This document shows, piece after piece, positions 28,347 to 43,397 of a stretch of 64,000 nt of DNA. The translations under genes were made by a program, and so were the position numbers. The DNA comes from an uncultured Gemmatimonadaceae bacterium (lineage in GTDB: Bacteria; Gemmatimonadota; Gemmatimonadetes; Gemmatimonadales; Gemmatimonadaceae). How positions within the stretch are numbered: position 1 is the first letter of the stretch; each line of letters opens with the position of its first letter. The stretch is taken from the NCBI GenBank assembly GCA_963829055.1, contig CAWHHI010000016.1:576001-640000 (forward strand). Reading direction: 5' to 3'. The notes beneath the pieces are model-generated. The model was not told the DNA's origin. It saw only the letters and a program-made list of their open reading frames with translations, and did no database searches.

Positions 28347-29356
28347 AACAGGTAGCGAAGCGAGAGAAACGTCGGTGCCTTCCCCGCGTCAGCGGAAAGC
28401 CCGCTGAGTATGCGAGCCACGTCGAACACCAGGTTACCCGTGCTGAGGCCAATGCCTATGGACGGACCGCCTGCCTCCGACCGAGACGCTTCGAACGCGT
28501 AGCCGGCCCGCACGTGAAATCGATCGCGGTACGCAATGTCGGTCCCGAATCGCGGCGCTGGGTTCCCTACGTGGATTCCGTCGGAGAGGTCGAACGCGAG
28601 GCGCACGGCTGTTTCGGGCGCGAGTTTCGGAGGCAAGTCCAGGCGGTACTGTACTCCGACCTGCAGACGCATCGGCAACTCATCCGCCTGCGGGCTATCG
28701 TTGACCTGCAGCTTGATGCCGACGAAGTTGCGCGCCGCAATTCCGATGACCAATGGCACGGAGCGTTTGACCAGAAACTGCGCGCCGAGATCGAGCGCGC
28801 TCGTCGTCGATGAGAACGTGATGTCGTCGGGACACGGCCCGGTGCAGTCGATGCGAAACTGCACGAGTTTGTACGTGAGCCCGGCGGTGACGTAGCTGCC
28901 TAACGATGTCGCGTACGTCGCCGCATAGATGAAGCTTCGCGGAATGATCGTGCCGCTTACCGCCTCACCGCCAGCCGGAGGCTCAATGGGGGTGAATTCT
29001 TGCTCGCCGTAGTCGAAGATGTTCACGGACAACGCCAGGACACCGAGTAGAGACGATGGAACGACGATCGTCACGGCGTCTCCGGTACCGGCGACACTCT
29101 GCGAGTGGTGGATCGCCGCCTCTCGACGTGTCGAGGCGCCGAGACCAGCGGGGTTCCACCAAATGTTTTCGCTACCGGACCGGTCGGCCACGACGGCCTG
29201 GCCCATTCCCACGGATCGAGCGCCTACCGGCAATAGCAGGAAGAGCGCGCCTTCCTGAGCGAGCCCACTCTGCGCGCGTGAGACCGCCGCGACACTTGAG
29301 ATCAGCGCAAATGCGCCAGCGAGTGCGACGACCAGGCTAGAGCGGCGTCGCCTCAT
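28343..29356 (-). CDS. PorV/PorQ-family outer-membrane barrel protein
   Basis: Signal peptide; [29 protein letters not shown]; terminal F. Confidence 0.75.
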   Translation of the reverse strand: MRRRRSSLVVALAGAFALISSVAAVSRAQSGLAQEGALFLLLPVGARSVGMGQAVVADRSGSENIWWNPAGLGASTRREAAIHHSQSVAGTGDAVTIVVPSSLLGVLALSVNIFDYGEQEFTPIEPPAGGEAVSGTIIPRSFIYAATYATSLGSYVTAGLTYKLVQFRIDCTGPCPDDITFSSTTSALDLGAQFLVKRSVPLVIGIAARNFVGIKLQVNDSPQADELPMRLQVGVQYRLDLPPKLAPETAVRLAFDLSDGIHVGNPAPRFGTDIAYRDRFHVRAGYAFEASRSEAGGPSIGIGLSTGNLVFDVARILSGLSADAGKAPTFLSLRYLF

Positions 29357-29504
29357 CCGCGAGCATTATCGGGATGTCGTCTCGCACCGGGTAGCGGAGT
29401 CGGCAGTTGTGACACACCAAGCTCGCCTCCTCGGCACGATACTCGAGCTCGCCTTTGCACTTCGGGCAGACGAGAATCGATAGCAACTGCGGAGACAAGG
29501 TCAT
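29337..29504 (-). CDS. Trm112-family small zinc-binding protein (55 aa)
   Basis: Manual translation: [22 protein letters not shown]...[27 protein letters not shown]. Confidence 0.88.
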   Translation of the reverse strand: MTLSPQLLSILVCPKCKGELEYRAEEASLVCHNCRLRYPVRDDIPIMLADEATPL

Positions 29505-30382
29505 TTCGCGGGCTCCTGAGGCATCCGATATCCGAACCGCTCGAGCGAACGAACGTCGCGACGCCAGTTGGCGAGGACCTTCACCCAGAGGTCCAGATAA
29601 ACCCCGCTGCCCACGAGACGTTCGATCTTCAGGCGAGCGGCCCGACCAATGTCACGGATTCTGCCGCCTTTCTCGCCGATCAGGATCCTCTTCTGGCTGT
29701 CGCGCTCGACATAAATCGTCGCCCGAATGTACACGGGCGTGCGGTCCTCGCGAAACTCCTCGATTTCGCACGCGACGCTGTACGGTACCTCTTCATCGAG
29801 CTGGTCGAGAGCGGTCTCGCGAATCAATTCCGCAGCAAAGAAGCGCAGCGACTGTGTGCTGACGTCGTCTTCCGGGTAGAGAAACGGGCTCTCGGGCAGC
29901 TCGGCAGTGACGGCCTTCAGCAGTTCGTCCATCCCTTCGCCGGTAAGGGACGATATTGGGATGGCATTGGACGTCGCATCGAGAAGCTGCTGTCGCTCCG
30001 CGGGCGACACGTGATCGATCTTGTTCAACGCCGTAACGACTTTCGCCCGCGGCAAGACATCTATCGCAGCGGCCTCCTGCAGTGATGGCGGCGGGCCGAG
30101 GGTCGCATCGGTGACGTACACAATGACGTCCGCATCGTGCAGGGCGTGTAGCGCCGTGGAGCGCATGACCCGTTGCAGCTCATAGCGCGGCTCGAGCAGC
30201 CCCGGCGTGTCGACAATGACCATCTGGGTGTCGTCGACCGTTCGGATGCCGACGATGCGGTCGCGGGTGGACTGCGGTTTCGGGCTGGTGATACTCAACT
30301 TCTGCCCGACGATGCGATTGAGCATCGTGGACTTCCCTGCGTTCGGCTTGCCTGCGACCGTGACAATGCCAGCGCGTTGCAT
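29501..30382 (-). CDS. era: GTPase Era
   Basis: [27 protein letters not shown] and KH-domain motifs. Confidence 0.95.
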   Translation of the reverse strand: MQRAGIVTVAGKPNAGKSTMLNRIVGQKLSITSPKPQSTRDRIVGIRTVDDTQMVIVDTPGLLEPRYELQRVMRSTALHALHDADVIVYVTDATLGPPPSLQEAAAIDVLPRAKVVTALNKIDHVSPAERQQLLDATSNAIPISSLTGEGMDELLKAVTAELPESPFLYPEDDVSTQSLRFFAAELIRETALDQLDEEVPYSVACEIEEFREDRTPVYIRATIYVERDSQKRILIGEKGGRIRDIGRAARLKIERLVGSGVYLDLWVKVLANWRRDVRSLERFGYRMPQEPAK

Positions 30383-30444
30383 GGACGAAAGATACCGTGG
30401 TGTCTTGGTTGCCGCGTGCGCGGTGCCGAACAACAGAACAAATG

Positions 30445-30482
30445 CACAAAGCCCCCGCCGGAATCCCGACGGGGGCTTTGTG
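30445..30482 (-). terminator. rRNA operon terminator
   Basis: CACAAAGCCCCCG...CGGGGGCTTTGTG inverted repeat just downstream of 5S. Confidence 0.75.
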
Positions 30483-30490
30483 TACTGAGG

Positions 30491-30607
30491 TGCCGGCGAT
30501 GGCCTACTCTCCCGCGACCTCTCGATCGGAGTACCATCGGCGCTGTAGGGCTTAACGACCGTGTTCGGGATGGGAACGGGTGTGGCCCCTACGCTCTAAT
30601 CGCCAGC
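30491..30607 (-). rRNA. rrf: 5S rRNA
   Basis: CCCGTTCCCATCCCGAACACGG, GATGGTACT and GGGAGAGTAGG conserved segments on the minus strand. Confidence 0.95.
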
Positions 30608-30732
30608 GATTTTCGGACGTCGCTGCAAGACAGCGGAATGGAAGTAGTGATCGTGTGTGATCGATTTGTTAATAGATCGTGCAGTGCTCTGCTCGGATTG
30701 TGTGCGGTCGGTTGTTCTCGACCGCCATGCGA

Positions 30733-33695
<2,963 letters not shown>

Positions 33696-33940
33696 AAAAA
33701 AACACGTCAAGCAGAGCACGCGCGATCTACTAGCGCGGTGTCCGTGGTCCGGGCACCGCACTTCAACGAGTGAACGGTTTCGATCGCTGGCGAGACCAGA
33801 GGCCTGCCATCGATCGCGAAACTGTGTCACGTGTGTTGATTCATCGATCGCCTCACGCATCCGACGCTCTCAGCGACCCACCGAAGTGGATCGAGACAGT
33901 GTCGCTGCGTGGGCTATCCCACGATCACTACTTCCATCCG

Positions 33941-33953
33941 TTGTCAAACAGCA
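33941..33953 (-). promoter_or_regulatory. boxA-like antitermination site in the ITS
   Basis: TGCTGTTTGACAA on the minus strand; similar AGCTGTTTGATAA at ~35835-35847 in the 16S leader. Confidence 0.6.
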
Positions 33954-34130
33954 AATACGAAAGCAAAAACGAAGCTCGATAAGACAGCTATGCGCGCGAC
34001 CATAATGCGCCGCGCGCACAGCGTATGAGAAATCAAGATTGAGATCGGGTGTACGAAGCGAGCGACTAACATTGAGCGCTTTCGAACGATACACCGACTT
34101 GCGTCAGGTCCGTTCTACTCACAGCTCCGT

Positions 34131-35675
<1,545 letters not shown>

Positions 35676-35874
35676 AGAAGAATTCAATGCTCATAGCTCT
35701 TCGAACTGCTGTCGCGCTGTTCGCGACAGCGCGTCCGAATCACTTTAGAATGATCAGGTCTGAACTCTCCCCGAAGCCCTGATCGGCTCCGGATCAACGA
35801 GTTCGCCTCGCACACTCTGCGATCTCAATCTCGATTATCAAACAGCTCTAATGTCGAATGAACGACAGCCTATC

Positions 35875-35903
35875 ATTGTACCCAACAGGGCTGTCGTTGT
35901 CAA
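35875..35903 (-). promoter_or_regulatory. rRNA promoter P2 (sigma70 type)
   Basis: TTGACA-17 bp-TACAAT. Confidence 0.8.
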
Positions 35904-35990
35904 CTCCTAAACAGCCCTGCCCGACGCCGAAAAGTCTCGAAACCGAGGCCTCTCATCCAACGCGAAAACACCAGCGTCGGGGGGATTCAT

Positions 35991-36019
35991 ATTCTAGTGG
36001 GTCATGTCCCGTTTGACAA
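35991..36019 (-). promoter_or_regulatory. rRNA promoter P1 (sigma70 type)
   Basis: TTGTCA-17 bp-TAGAAT. Confidence 0.7.
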
Positions 36020-36619
36020 CCCATTCGAGACATTTGTTTGCGATCACTTTCCCAGCGGCAACGGGTCAAGTAGCGACACTACGCCCTAGTAGCTATGTCG
36101 CTCAGTGACATGTCTTTACGCCGGACGTTGTCACGCTTGACTCAGGCCCGTGACCGCGTTGATACTCAACGAAGAGATCGCCTCCGCCCCCGCATAATAT
36201 CGACGGCGAGAAGCCCGCGACCAGACTACAATCGCGGGCCGAAAAACCTACTGCGTCCGGAGCTGCAATGGGAGTCTATCCAGCGACCGGCTTGGCCACG
36301 AGAAGCAGGCGATCCGGTGCTGGACCGAAGTAGCGCAGAGGCCAGCACGTCGCGAGTGTCAACGTCACCTTTGACTCCTCGAAAAGTGCCTGAGTATCGC
36401 GAAACGACGCGCCTCTCAGTGATGACCCGCTCTGTCACTCGGACTCCGCGTTTCAGTTCGACGGCGAGTTCCGACCGCCAGCTCCCATGCGCCGGAAGTG
36501 CCGATCGCGGTGCGCCGATACAATTGAATTTCCGTGTCTCTAGGCAACGCACTGCCTGGACAATGGCCGAAGTACCACGGATGCGGAGACGAAGGCAACT
36601 GGCACACCTCAGCCCGCCA

Positions 36620-36911
36620 AGCGGGCGACACTGACTGGCCGGAGGTCGTCTCACTCTACGACCAGCTCGTCCGCCTCGATTCCTCGCCGCTTGTCGCTGT
36701 CAACGGGGCATCGCGATCGGCGAGCTTGACGGCCCGAGGTGGCACTCACTGCCGTCGACCGGTTCGAGGGCAAGTGACCGGCTATCATGTCTACCATGCG
36801 ACCTGCGCCGACCGCGCGGCGGTACTGGGCGCAGCGCGAACGACGATCGAGTTGGCGGCCAACACCGCTGAGATCGCCTACGTGATACGCCGGCGCGACC
36901 GGCTGGAATAG
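36620..36911 (+). pseudogene. Degraded C-terminal fragment of an ECF42-type sigma factor (DUF6596/TPR tail)
   Basis: DTDWPEVVSLYDQLVRLDSSPLVAVN, GYHVYHAT and IELAANTAEIAYVIRR, broken by frameshifts and deletions; no sigma2/sigma4 domains upstream. Confidence 0.65.
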
Positions 36912-37123
36912 ACTCGGTCCATGCGTCGTGCGAGACGCTGCCAAGGAGCCCGACGCAACGGACAGAAGAGCGTCAGGGCGACCCCAAGTTCGACGAACGG
37001 GAATCGGTCATGAGGTTCGAGATCGCGAGGCGCGGCGATGCTGTGGGAGCGCCGTGCGCGGATTGCATCCAGGCAGGCGCTTCCCACTGCGCTGCGGCGG
37101 CGCCCCGGGGGGACTGCGCAGAC

Positions 37124-37173
37124 GAAAAGCGGCCCGTCCGCCATGAGATCCATCATGGGGAACGGGCCGCTTT
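37124..37173 (-). terminator. Probable terminator after the tRNA cluster
   Basis: AAAGCGGCCCGT...ACGGGCCGCTTT inverted repeat with A/T runs on both sides. Confidence 0.65.
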
Positions 37174-37201
37174 ATTCGTACCGTAAAATGTTGTGTGCTA
37201 A

Positions 37202-37274
37202 TGCACTCGGAAGGAGTCGAACCTTCAACCTACAGATTAAGAGTCTGCTGCTCTGCCAGTTGAGCTACGAGTGC
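37202..37274 (-). tRNA. tRNA-Lys(CTT), CCA not encoded
   Basis: GCACTCGTAGCTCAACTGGCAGAGCAGCAGACT-CTT-AATCTG...GGTTCGACTCC...GAGTGCA. Confidence 0.95.
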
Positions 37275-37382
37275 AAAATAACTTTCGCGAAAGCCACGTG
37301 CCGTTCGTGACCGAAGTGCCTAACGCCAGCCGTGCGCCATCGCTTCACACCAGAGGTACCCGTCACGCCAAACATCAACAGG

Positions 37383-37459
37383 TGGCGCGCCAGGAGGGAC
37401 TCGAACCCCCGACCCACAGCTTAGAAGGCTGTCGCTCTATCCACCTGAGCTACTGGCGC
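37383..37459 (-). tRNA. tRNA-Arg(TCT)
   Basis: GCGCCAGTAGCTCAGGTGGATAGAGCGACAGCCT-TCT-AAGCTG...TTCGAGTCC...GCGCGCCA. Confidence 0.95.
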
Positions 37460-37499
37460 AATGGCCGAACCGACGCTCTCGAATGCCGAGCGCCACAAA

Positions 37500-37573
37500 T
37501 CGGGGCGCCCGGATTTGAACCGGGGACCTCCTGCTCCCAAAGCAGGCGCGATACCAGGCTACGCTACGCCCCG
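37500..37573 (-). tRNA. tRNA-Pro(TGG), CCA not encoded
   Basis: CGGGGCGTAGCGTAGCCTGGTATCGCGCCTGCTT-TGG-GAGCAGG...TTCAAATCC...CCCCGA. Confidence 0.95.
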
Positions 37574-37582
37574 CTGCGACCA

Positions 37583-37611
37583 ATCTTAGTTGGATCGAGA
37601 AACGCGGTCAA
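37583..37611 (-). promoter_or_regulatory. Promoter of the tRNA cluster
   Basis: TTGACC-17 bp-TAAGAT, about 10 bp upstream of tRNA-Pro. Confidence 0.65.
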
Positions 37612-38228
37612 CGCCCCGACTTGATACGGGCGAGTAATTCTCGAAACGCCCGACCCCGATGACTGACGCGTTCCTTCTCTGCTGCGGCGGCCTCAGCGAA
37701 CGTGCGGCCGAGGTCGGCCGAGAGAAAGTGGGGATCGTAACCAAACCCGCCCGTTCCGCGAGCGTCTCGCACGATCTGTCCGGAGCTCTCGCCTCGCGCG
37801 GTGATCTCGTCGCCGACGGACACAAACGCCGCGACGCACACGTAGCGCGCGTTCGCCATCTCGAGACCTGACAGGGCGGCGATCAACGCTTCGTTGTTCG
37901 CCGCATCGAGCGCGGCACCGCGAAGGTCGCTTCTTCCCGACCACCGTTTGCTTTGTACACCCGGGCGACCACCGAGAGCGTCGACCTCGAGGCCCGAGTC
38001 GTCGGCTACGGTCGGGATACCGCCACTCACCTCGTAGAAGTAGCGCGCTTTAGACAGCGCGTTCTCTTCGAACGTGGCGAACGGCTCGAGATCCTGCTCC
38101 TCATCGGACTCATCGATCCCCAACTCGTCGAGTGAAACGAGCGTCAAGCCGGCGGCGGCGAACATCGGCTTGATCTCCCGCAACTTTCCCGCACTCCGCG
38201 TCGCGATCAGCAGCGCCGTTGCGCTCAT
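37608..38228 (-). CDS. rdgB: Non-canonical purine NTP pyrophosphatase
   Basis: [43 protein letters not shown]. Confidence 0.95.
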   Translation of the reverse strand: MSATALLIATRSAGKLREIKPMFAAAGLTLVSLDELGIDESDEEQDLEPFATFEENALSKARYFYEVSGGIPTVADDSGLEVDALGGRPGVQSKRWSGRSDLRGAALDAANNEALIAALSGLEMANARYVCVAAFVSVGDEITARGESSGQIVRDARGTGGFGYDPHFLSADLGRTFAEAAAAEKERVSHRGRAFRELLARIKSGR

Positions 38229-38950
38229 TCGGCGAGCGCTCGGCGCTGTGCTGCGTCGAGTACTTGAATTCCGCCCGTTGCGAGATCGAGCAGCGCGTCG
38301 AGTTGAGCGCGATCGAACGTTCCGTGCTCACCGGTGCCCTGCACTTCCACGAAGCGTCCTTCGCTGCTCATGACGACGTTCATGTCGACTTCTGCTTTCA
38401 CGTCGTGTTCGTAGTCCAGATCGAGCCATAGGGAGCCGTCGACGACGCCAACGCTCACGGCGGCGACACGCCGGCGAACGGGCGACTGTTGCATATGACC
38501 CTGTGCGACGAGCCAACTGAACGCGTCGTGAACCGCCACGCACGCCCCGGTAATCGCCGCCGTCCGCGTTCCTCCGTCTGCTTGCAATACGTCGCAGTCG
38601 AGGCGAACGGTAAACTCACCAAATCGGAAATCGTCGATCATCGCGCGGACGCTGCGACCGATGAGTCGTTGAATCTCTTGCGTGCGCCCACCGAGTTGCG
38701 CGCGCTCGCGCTGTGTGCGAGTGCGCGTAGCCCTCGGCAGCATCGCGTACTCCGCGGTGATCCAGCCTTCGCCGCGGCCTTTTTTCCACCCCGGAACGGA
38801 GAGCTCGACCGACGCCGCACACAGCACGCGCGTGTCACCGAACGAGATGAGGCACGATCCCTCGGCGTACGGGACAGCGTTCCGCTCCAACGTGATTGGG
38901 CGAAGGTCAGTCGGACGACGGGCGTCGTTAGGTGAAGTTTCAGCGGCCAC
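38225..38950 (-). CDS. rph: Ribonuclease PH
   Basis: [43 protein letters not shown]. Confidence 0.96.
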   Translation of the reverse strand: MAAETSPNDARRPTDLRPITLERNAVPYAEGSCLISFGDTRVLCAASVELSVPGWKKGRGEGWITAEYAMLPRATRTRTQRERAQLGGRTQEIQRLIGRSVRAMIDDFRFGEFTVRLDCDVLQADGGTRTAAITGACVAVHDAFSWLVAQGHMQQSPVRRRVAAVSVGVVDGSLWLDLDYEHDVKAEVDMNVVMSSEGRFVEVQGTGEHGTFDRAQLDALLDLATGGIQVLDAAQRRALAE

Positions 38951-39428
38951 GGAGGCGTTCGATTGTGGAGGTCGTGGAATGACCGGGCGTCAGCGGAATG
39001 ATGACGACGTGTCCACCACGTGCTCGGACTTCAGGCGCTCCGACAACAGTGTCGGGAGCGTAGTCACCGCCTTTGACGATCACATCCGGCTGCAGCAGTC
39101 GAATGAGCTCGAGAGGTGTGTCCTGCTCGAACAACGTAACGGCATCGACCGCGGCCAGGGCAGCAAGGACGTACACCCGCTCAGCGCCGGATCGGATCGG
39201 CCGGGTGGGACCCTTGAGCCGCTTCACCGAGTCATCGCTGTTGACGCCGACGACGAGCGCATCACCGTGCGCTCGCGCGCCAACGAGCACATCGACATGC
39301 CCCGGATGGAGAAGGTCGAACACGCCGTTGGTGAAAACGACGCGACCCTTCTGCCGCTCGCGCCAGTCCACAAGCACTGGCCACGACATCGCTTTTCGTT
39401 GCGGGTCGAACGGACTCAGTAGGTCCAC
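38940..39428 (-). CDS. rfaE2: D-glycero-beta-D-manno-heptose 1-phosphate adenylyltransferase
   Basis: [36 protein letters not shown]. Confidence 0.92.
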   Translation of the reverse strand: MDLLSPFDPQRKAMSWPVLVDWRERQKGRVVFTNGVFDLLHPGHVDVLVGARAHGDALVVGVNSDDSVKRLKGPTRPIRSGAERVYVLAALAAVDAVTLFEQDTPLELIRLLQPDVIVKGGDYAPDTVVGAPEVRARGGHVVIIPLTPGHSTTSTIERLRGR

Positions 39429-39766
39429 TCGGCCTGGGGCGAAAAGAGAATGTCGCGAACGATCAGCGGCATCTCGACGCGTTCGTAGTACGAGCTGGAG
39501 AGCGAGATCCGATTGGACGCGCGCCGGACCCGGACGCGTCCCGCTGCTTCAGGGAGGCCGAGTGAATCAGCGAGAGCGGCCAGGCGTCGCTGGATGTCTT
39601 CGTCCGTGAAGCGAGCAGAAAATCGTGCTTCCTGCTTCATGCCGTCGACGTATCGGTAGTAGCGGAGATATGGCTCTCCGACGTTGACGGCGAAATACAC
39701 TGCGGTGACGGATAGCAGAAGGCCGAGCAGACATCCAAAGCTGCTGCGGCCGAGCCGTCGGCTCAC
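39416..39766 (-). CDS. Hypothetical single-TM protein (weak DUF4845/pilin-like resemblance)
   Basis: Basic N-terminus, G-x-F, hydrophobic helix, then alpha/beta domain; overlaps both neighbours. Confidence 0.6.
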   Translation of the reverse strand: MSRRLGRSSFGCLLGLLLSVTAVYFAVNVGEPYLRYYRYVDGMKQEARFSARFTDEDIQRRLAALADSLGLPEAAGRVRVRRASNRISLSSSYYERVEMPLIVRDILFSPQAEWTY

Positions 39767-40266
39767 CACTGCGATTGCGCTCCCTCGATGACGTCGTTCA
39801 CAATCCGTTCGAGCGCCTGTCGCCGCCCTTCCGGCTCCGCGCGCTCGGCATACTCGCCCTCGGCGGACAGTCCCTTCCGCTCCCACAACGTCTTGCCGTT
39901 TGACTGGTCGACAATCGAGACGTCGATGACGATCTGCAACCGGCGGCGAGCCGTCGTTGCCTGGTTCGGATCGGCGCTGAAGGCGACGGGGACATCGGGC
40001 TCATACTTGGTGATGGTGCCGCGGACGACTGCGTTTGCCCGATTCTCGGACGCGTCGCGAAGCCCCAACCGAGACTGCATCGCTTTCCGTAGCGCGTCGG
40101 ACAGCTCGCGCGTCACCTCGGCGGCCGCGGTCTGATTTTCGAACGGAAGCACGGCAACAGTCCGGATGTGGCCTGGGAGACCACCGCCAGAAAACTTGTA
40201 GATGCAGCCGGCGAGAAGGAGCAGGCTAGCGACGCCAAATCTCCGGATCGAACGGTGAAGCTTCAT
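39763..40266 (-). CDS. lptE: LptE-family lipoprotein
   Basis: Lipobox LAGC, YKFSGGGLP, TVAVLPFENQT, TLWE. Confidence 0.8.
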   Translation of the reverse strand: MKLHRSIRRFGVASLLLLAGCIYKFSGGGLPGHIRTVAVLPFENQTAAAEVTRELSDALRKAMQSRLGLRDASENRANAVVRGTITKYEPDVPVAFSADPNQATTARRRLQIVIDVSIVDQSNGKTLWERKGLSAEGEYAERAEPEGRRQALERIVNDVIEGAQSQW

Positions 40267-40888
40267 CGGTGCTGGTAACCTTGAGCATGAGCGATCGCGA
40301 GGCCCGCTCATTCTGATATCGAATGTCGGACCCTGTGCGGGCGACCCATTCGAGCCGACGTCCGTCGACGATTCGCTCGAGCCGCGTAAGACGGTCCGCG
40401 ACGAACGTTACACGCCACACGGGGTCTCGACCAATGTCGGCTCGCAGCGCTTCTCCGTCAACCTTCGCGACCGTGTCGGGGGTCGCCGGAACGGCAAGCC
40501 GCCCGAGTACAGCCCACAAGAGCGCGACGGGCGGAAGGTAGCGGCGCGCCTGATCACCGCCGGGCGTCGAGATCGAGTCGCCGACCACGATGGCGGAGCC
40601 ACCTCCGAGCCCACCATCCAGATAAAAGTCGAGTCTCACGCTGTCGGGCGAGGCTACGCGGGCGACGCCCTCTCCCTTGGCGGCAAGCGCCTGATCGATG
40701 TATTCCCAACGGAAGACAATGCGCTGGTGTCCGCGCGGAATGTCGGTAACCGGGAAGCGAACCGGGGTGGGAACGCCACGCAGCGATCCGGCGCGCGGTG
40801 CACACGCGAGCCCAACGAGAAACAGCGTCGCCAAACCCACGCACGTCGCGAGTGGGCGAGATCGCACCGCAGAAAGCGAAAGGATCAT
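40226..40888 (-). CDS. Hypothetical lipoprotein
   Basis: Lipobox GLAC; beta-rich; ATGA overlap with the upstream gene. Confidence 0.65.
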   Translation of the reverse strand: MILSLSAVRSRPLATCVGLATLFLVGLACAPRAGSLRGVPTPVRFPVTDIPRGHQRIVFRWEYIDQALAAKGEGVARVASPDSVRLDFYLDGGLGGGSAIVVGDSISTPGGDQARRYLPPVALLWAVLGRLAVPATPDTVAKVDGEALRADIGRDPVWRVTFVADRLTRLERIVDGRRLEWVARTGSDIRYQNERASRSLMLKVTSTDEASPFDPEIWRR

Positions 40889-42985
40889 TGGATGACAATG
40901 CTCAGGATGCGATCGCCCTGCACGATAGAATCGAGGACGTTCAACCCTCGAGTGACGCGACCGAACACCGTGTAGTGGCCGTCGAGGTGTGGCTGAGGCG
41001 AGTGCGTAAGGAAGTACTGACTGCCGCCTGTATCCGGTCCAGACAGCGCCATGCCCACTGCCCCTCGCTCGTACCATTGCCGGTTGAGCTCATCGCGAAT
41101 CGCGTACCCTGGCCCGCCGCTACCGTCGCCCCTTGGGTCGCCGTCCTGGGCAACGAAGTTCGGCACGACGCGATGGAACGCGAGGCCGTCGTAATATCGG
41201 TGTCGCGCGAGCGTGATGAAGTTGCCCACCGTCAGCGGCGCGTCGGCGCCAGCGAACTCAATGTCGATCATTCCACGCTCGGTTGTGATGCGCGCTCGAG
41301 GTGGGCGGCGGAGGAGTGACGGTACCAGAATCGTTCGCACGCGGCCCAGGTAGTACGCGGTTGATTGCGCGGGAATTTCAGCGCCGGACCACGAGATGAA
41401 GGGACCGACGCGCCGAACAGCGTTGCGCTCGACCGGGTCAGCAGAAGGAGCGAGCGACGCGATGGAATCGCGCAAGGCGCCGAACGATGCGCTGTCGGTC
41501 GCCCAGGCCGCGGCAATGACTCCTAGGGCCGCGACTCTGGCGTCGTTTTCCGGATCCGTTGCCGCACGACGCCAGGCGGCGAGGGCCACGATTGCGTCAG
41601 ACGCTCTCGCGCGATCCCGCAGCGCGTTGAGAATCGAGGCGCGGACGAAGAGGTCGTCATCGTGAAGCCACCCTGGCAATGCGGCGCGGGCGTACGGGCG
41701 TGTCGCGGCACTGGCAGAATCGGTCCACGCCGGAGGCCGACTGGAACGCGGCGGCGCGCACCCGCGCGTCGGAATCGCGAAACAACGGTGCGGCAATGGC
41801 ATCGACCGCCGCCTGACCGCCGACGCCCGCCGCTTCCGCGGCGGCGGCTCGGAAATGCCAATCGGCGCGTCGCTGCCACGCTTCGGCACCGGCCGTATCG
41901 AGCGCGGGCATTCGGGCGCCCGCGCGAACGGCGGTCGACAACAGCGCGCGACGGAACGTGAACCCCGTGTCCGCCGCCCAGGCTGCGGACCAGTCAGGGG
42001 ACGGGACAGCGAGCACGCCGCCTAACGACTGTGCGACCGCGACGCGTGCATTGCCATCCGGGTCAGTGAGGTGTCGCACAAGGTCCGCGCGCGCTCTTGG
42101 ACCATACGTCGACAACGACCGGATCGCGTTAATGCGCACGTGCGCGTGGGGATCCTCCACGAGACGCCGCAACGCGGCACGGGCATCGTCGCCAAGCGAG
42201 TCGCCGGCGACCGTTCGACCGAGCCCCCTAGCGACGTAGGCGCGCAGATCGACTTCCACGTCCGAGCGATCAGGGCTCGTGTGTGTCGGCGACGCGGACG
42301 GGCGCCGTTCGAGTGCGAGGAGTGCACTCACCGACCCGGGAACCCTCGATCGGGTCAGCGCGTACGCAGCGCTCCGCTGTACACGTAGGTCGGCATGGTC
42401 GAGATATGGCACGATCAATCCCGCCGGCACTGGTCGAAGCTTCGCGGCTGCCTGCAGCACGTCTGCGAGCGACGTGGCGGGGCGGCCTTCCTTTAGCGAG
42501 GTTTCGAGGGTCGGACGCGCGACTTCACCGAGCTCGCCCAGCGACCAGGCGGCCGCCGATGCGACGGTGTGCGCAGCACCAAGGCTTGCGGCCAGCACGT
42601 TGGTCGCCGAGCTATCGTGCAGAAGGCCTAACGCGAAAGCGGCGTCGGCGGCGATCGTCGAGTCTGTATTGGCGACGAGAGATCTCACGATAGCCGCGCG
42701 GCTAGAAATGCCTACCTGTCCGATGACCCGCACGGCGTACGCCCGCACGAACGTTGTCGGTGATGCGAGGGCGCGGTCGACGACAGCGGTGTCGGGCCGT
42801 CTCGTATCAGCGACTCGCAGCAGGGATGCCAGGTGCTCGATATCTACCGCAGTGAACGGACTGTCGATAACCAACGGCGCCGCCGCGTCAGTGGGCTGCG
42901 GACGCGGCGCGCACGCAGCCGCAACCAGTACCGTGACCAACCCGAGGGCGACGCGCCACGAACGGCGGTCAGGAACGAACAACAC
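40885..42985 (-). CDS. Lipoprotein with HEAT repeats and a C-terminal cyclophilin-type PPIase; frameshift ~41735
   Basis: Lipobox AAAC, HEAT repeats, APLTVGNF, FHRVVPNFVAQDGDP, GSQYFLT, PHLDGHYTVFG. Confidence 0.85.
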
Positions 42986-43397
42986 CGCGCTCCATGAGGG
43001 CGCGAACGTCAGCGGGGATCGGAACCGGTTTCCCGTCTGGATTGAGTGACACGAGCAGCGTTCTGGCTGATGCGAGGCGTTCTTCCGTGTCAGCGTTGCG
43101 GATGAGGTAATCGAACGTGATCGCCCGCGACCGCACATCGACCAGACGCGTCTCCACACGCACGAGGTCATCGTAGCGCGCAGGCGCGTGATAGCGAATG
43201 TTCGCTTCGGCAACGGCGAGCGCGGTTCCCTGGCGCTCCAGCTCGGAATACGGCAGGCCGAGGGCACGAATGAAGTCCGTGCGCCCCACTTCGCACCAGA
43301 CGAGATACTCGGCGTGGTACACTACACCCATCTGATCGGTTTCGGAGTATCTCACCCGAAACTCGCTGATATGCGGCCTGACGTTCGGCGGTGTCAC
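42969..43397 (-). CDS. YbgC/FadM-family acyl-CoA thioesterase
   Basis: RVRYSETDQMGVVYHAEYLVWCEVGRT, YHAPARYDD; GTGA overlap with the pduL stop. Confidence 0.9.
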   Translation of the reverse strand: MTPPNVRPHISEFRVRYSETDQMGVVYHAEYLVWCEVGRTDFIRALGLPYSELERQGTALAVAEANIRYHAPARYDDLVRVETRLVDVRSRAITFDYLIRNADTEERLASARTLLVSLNPDGKPVPIPADVRALMERGVVRS

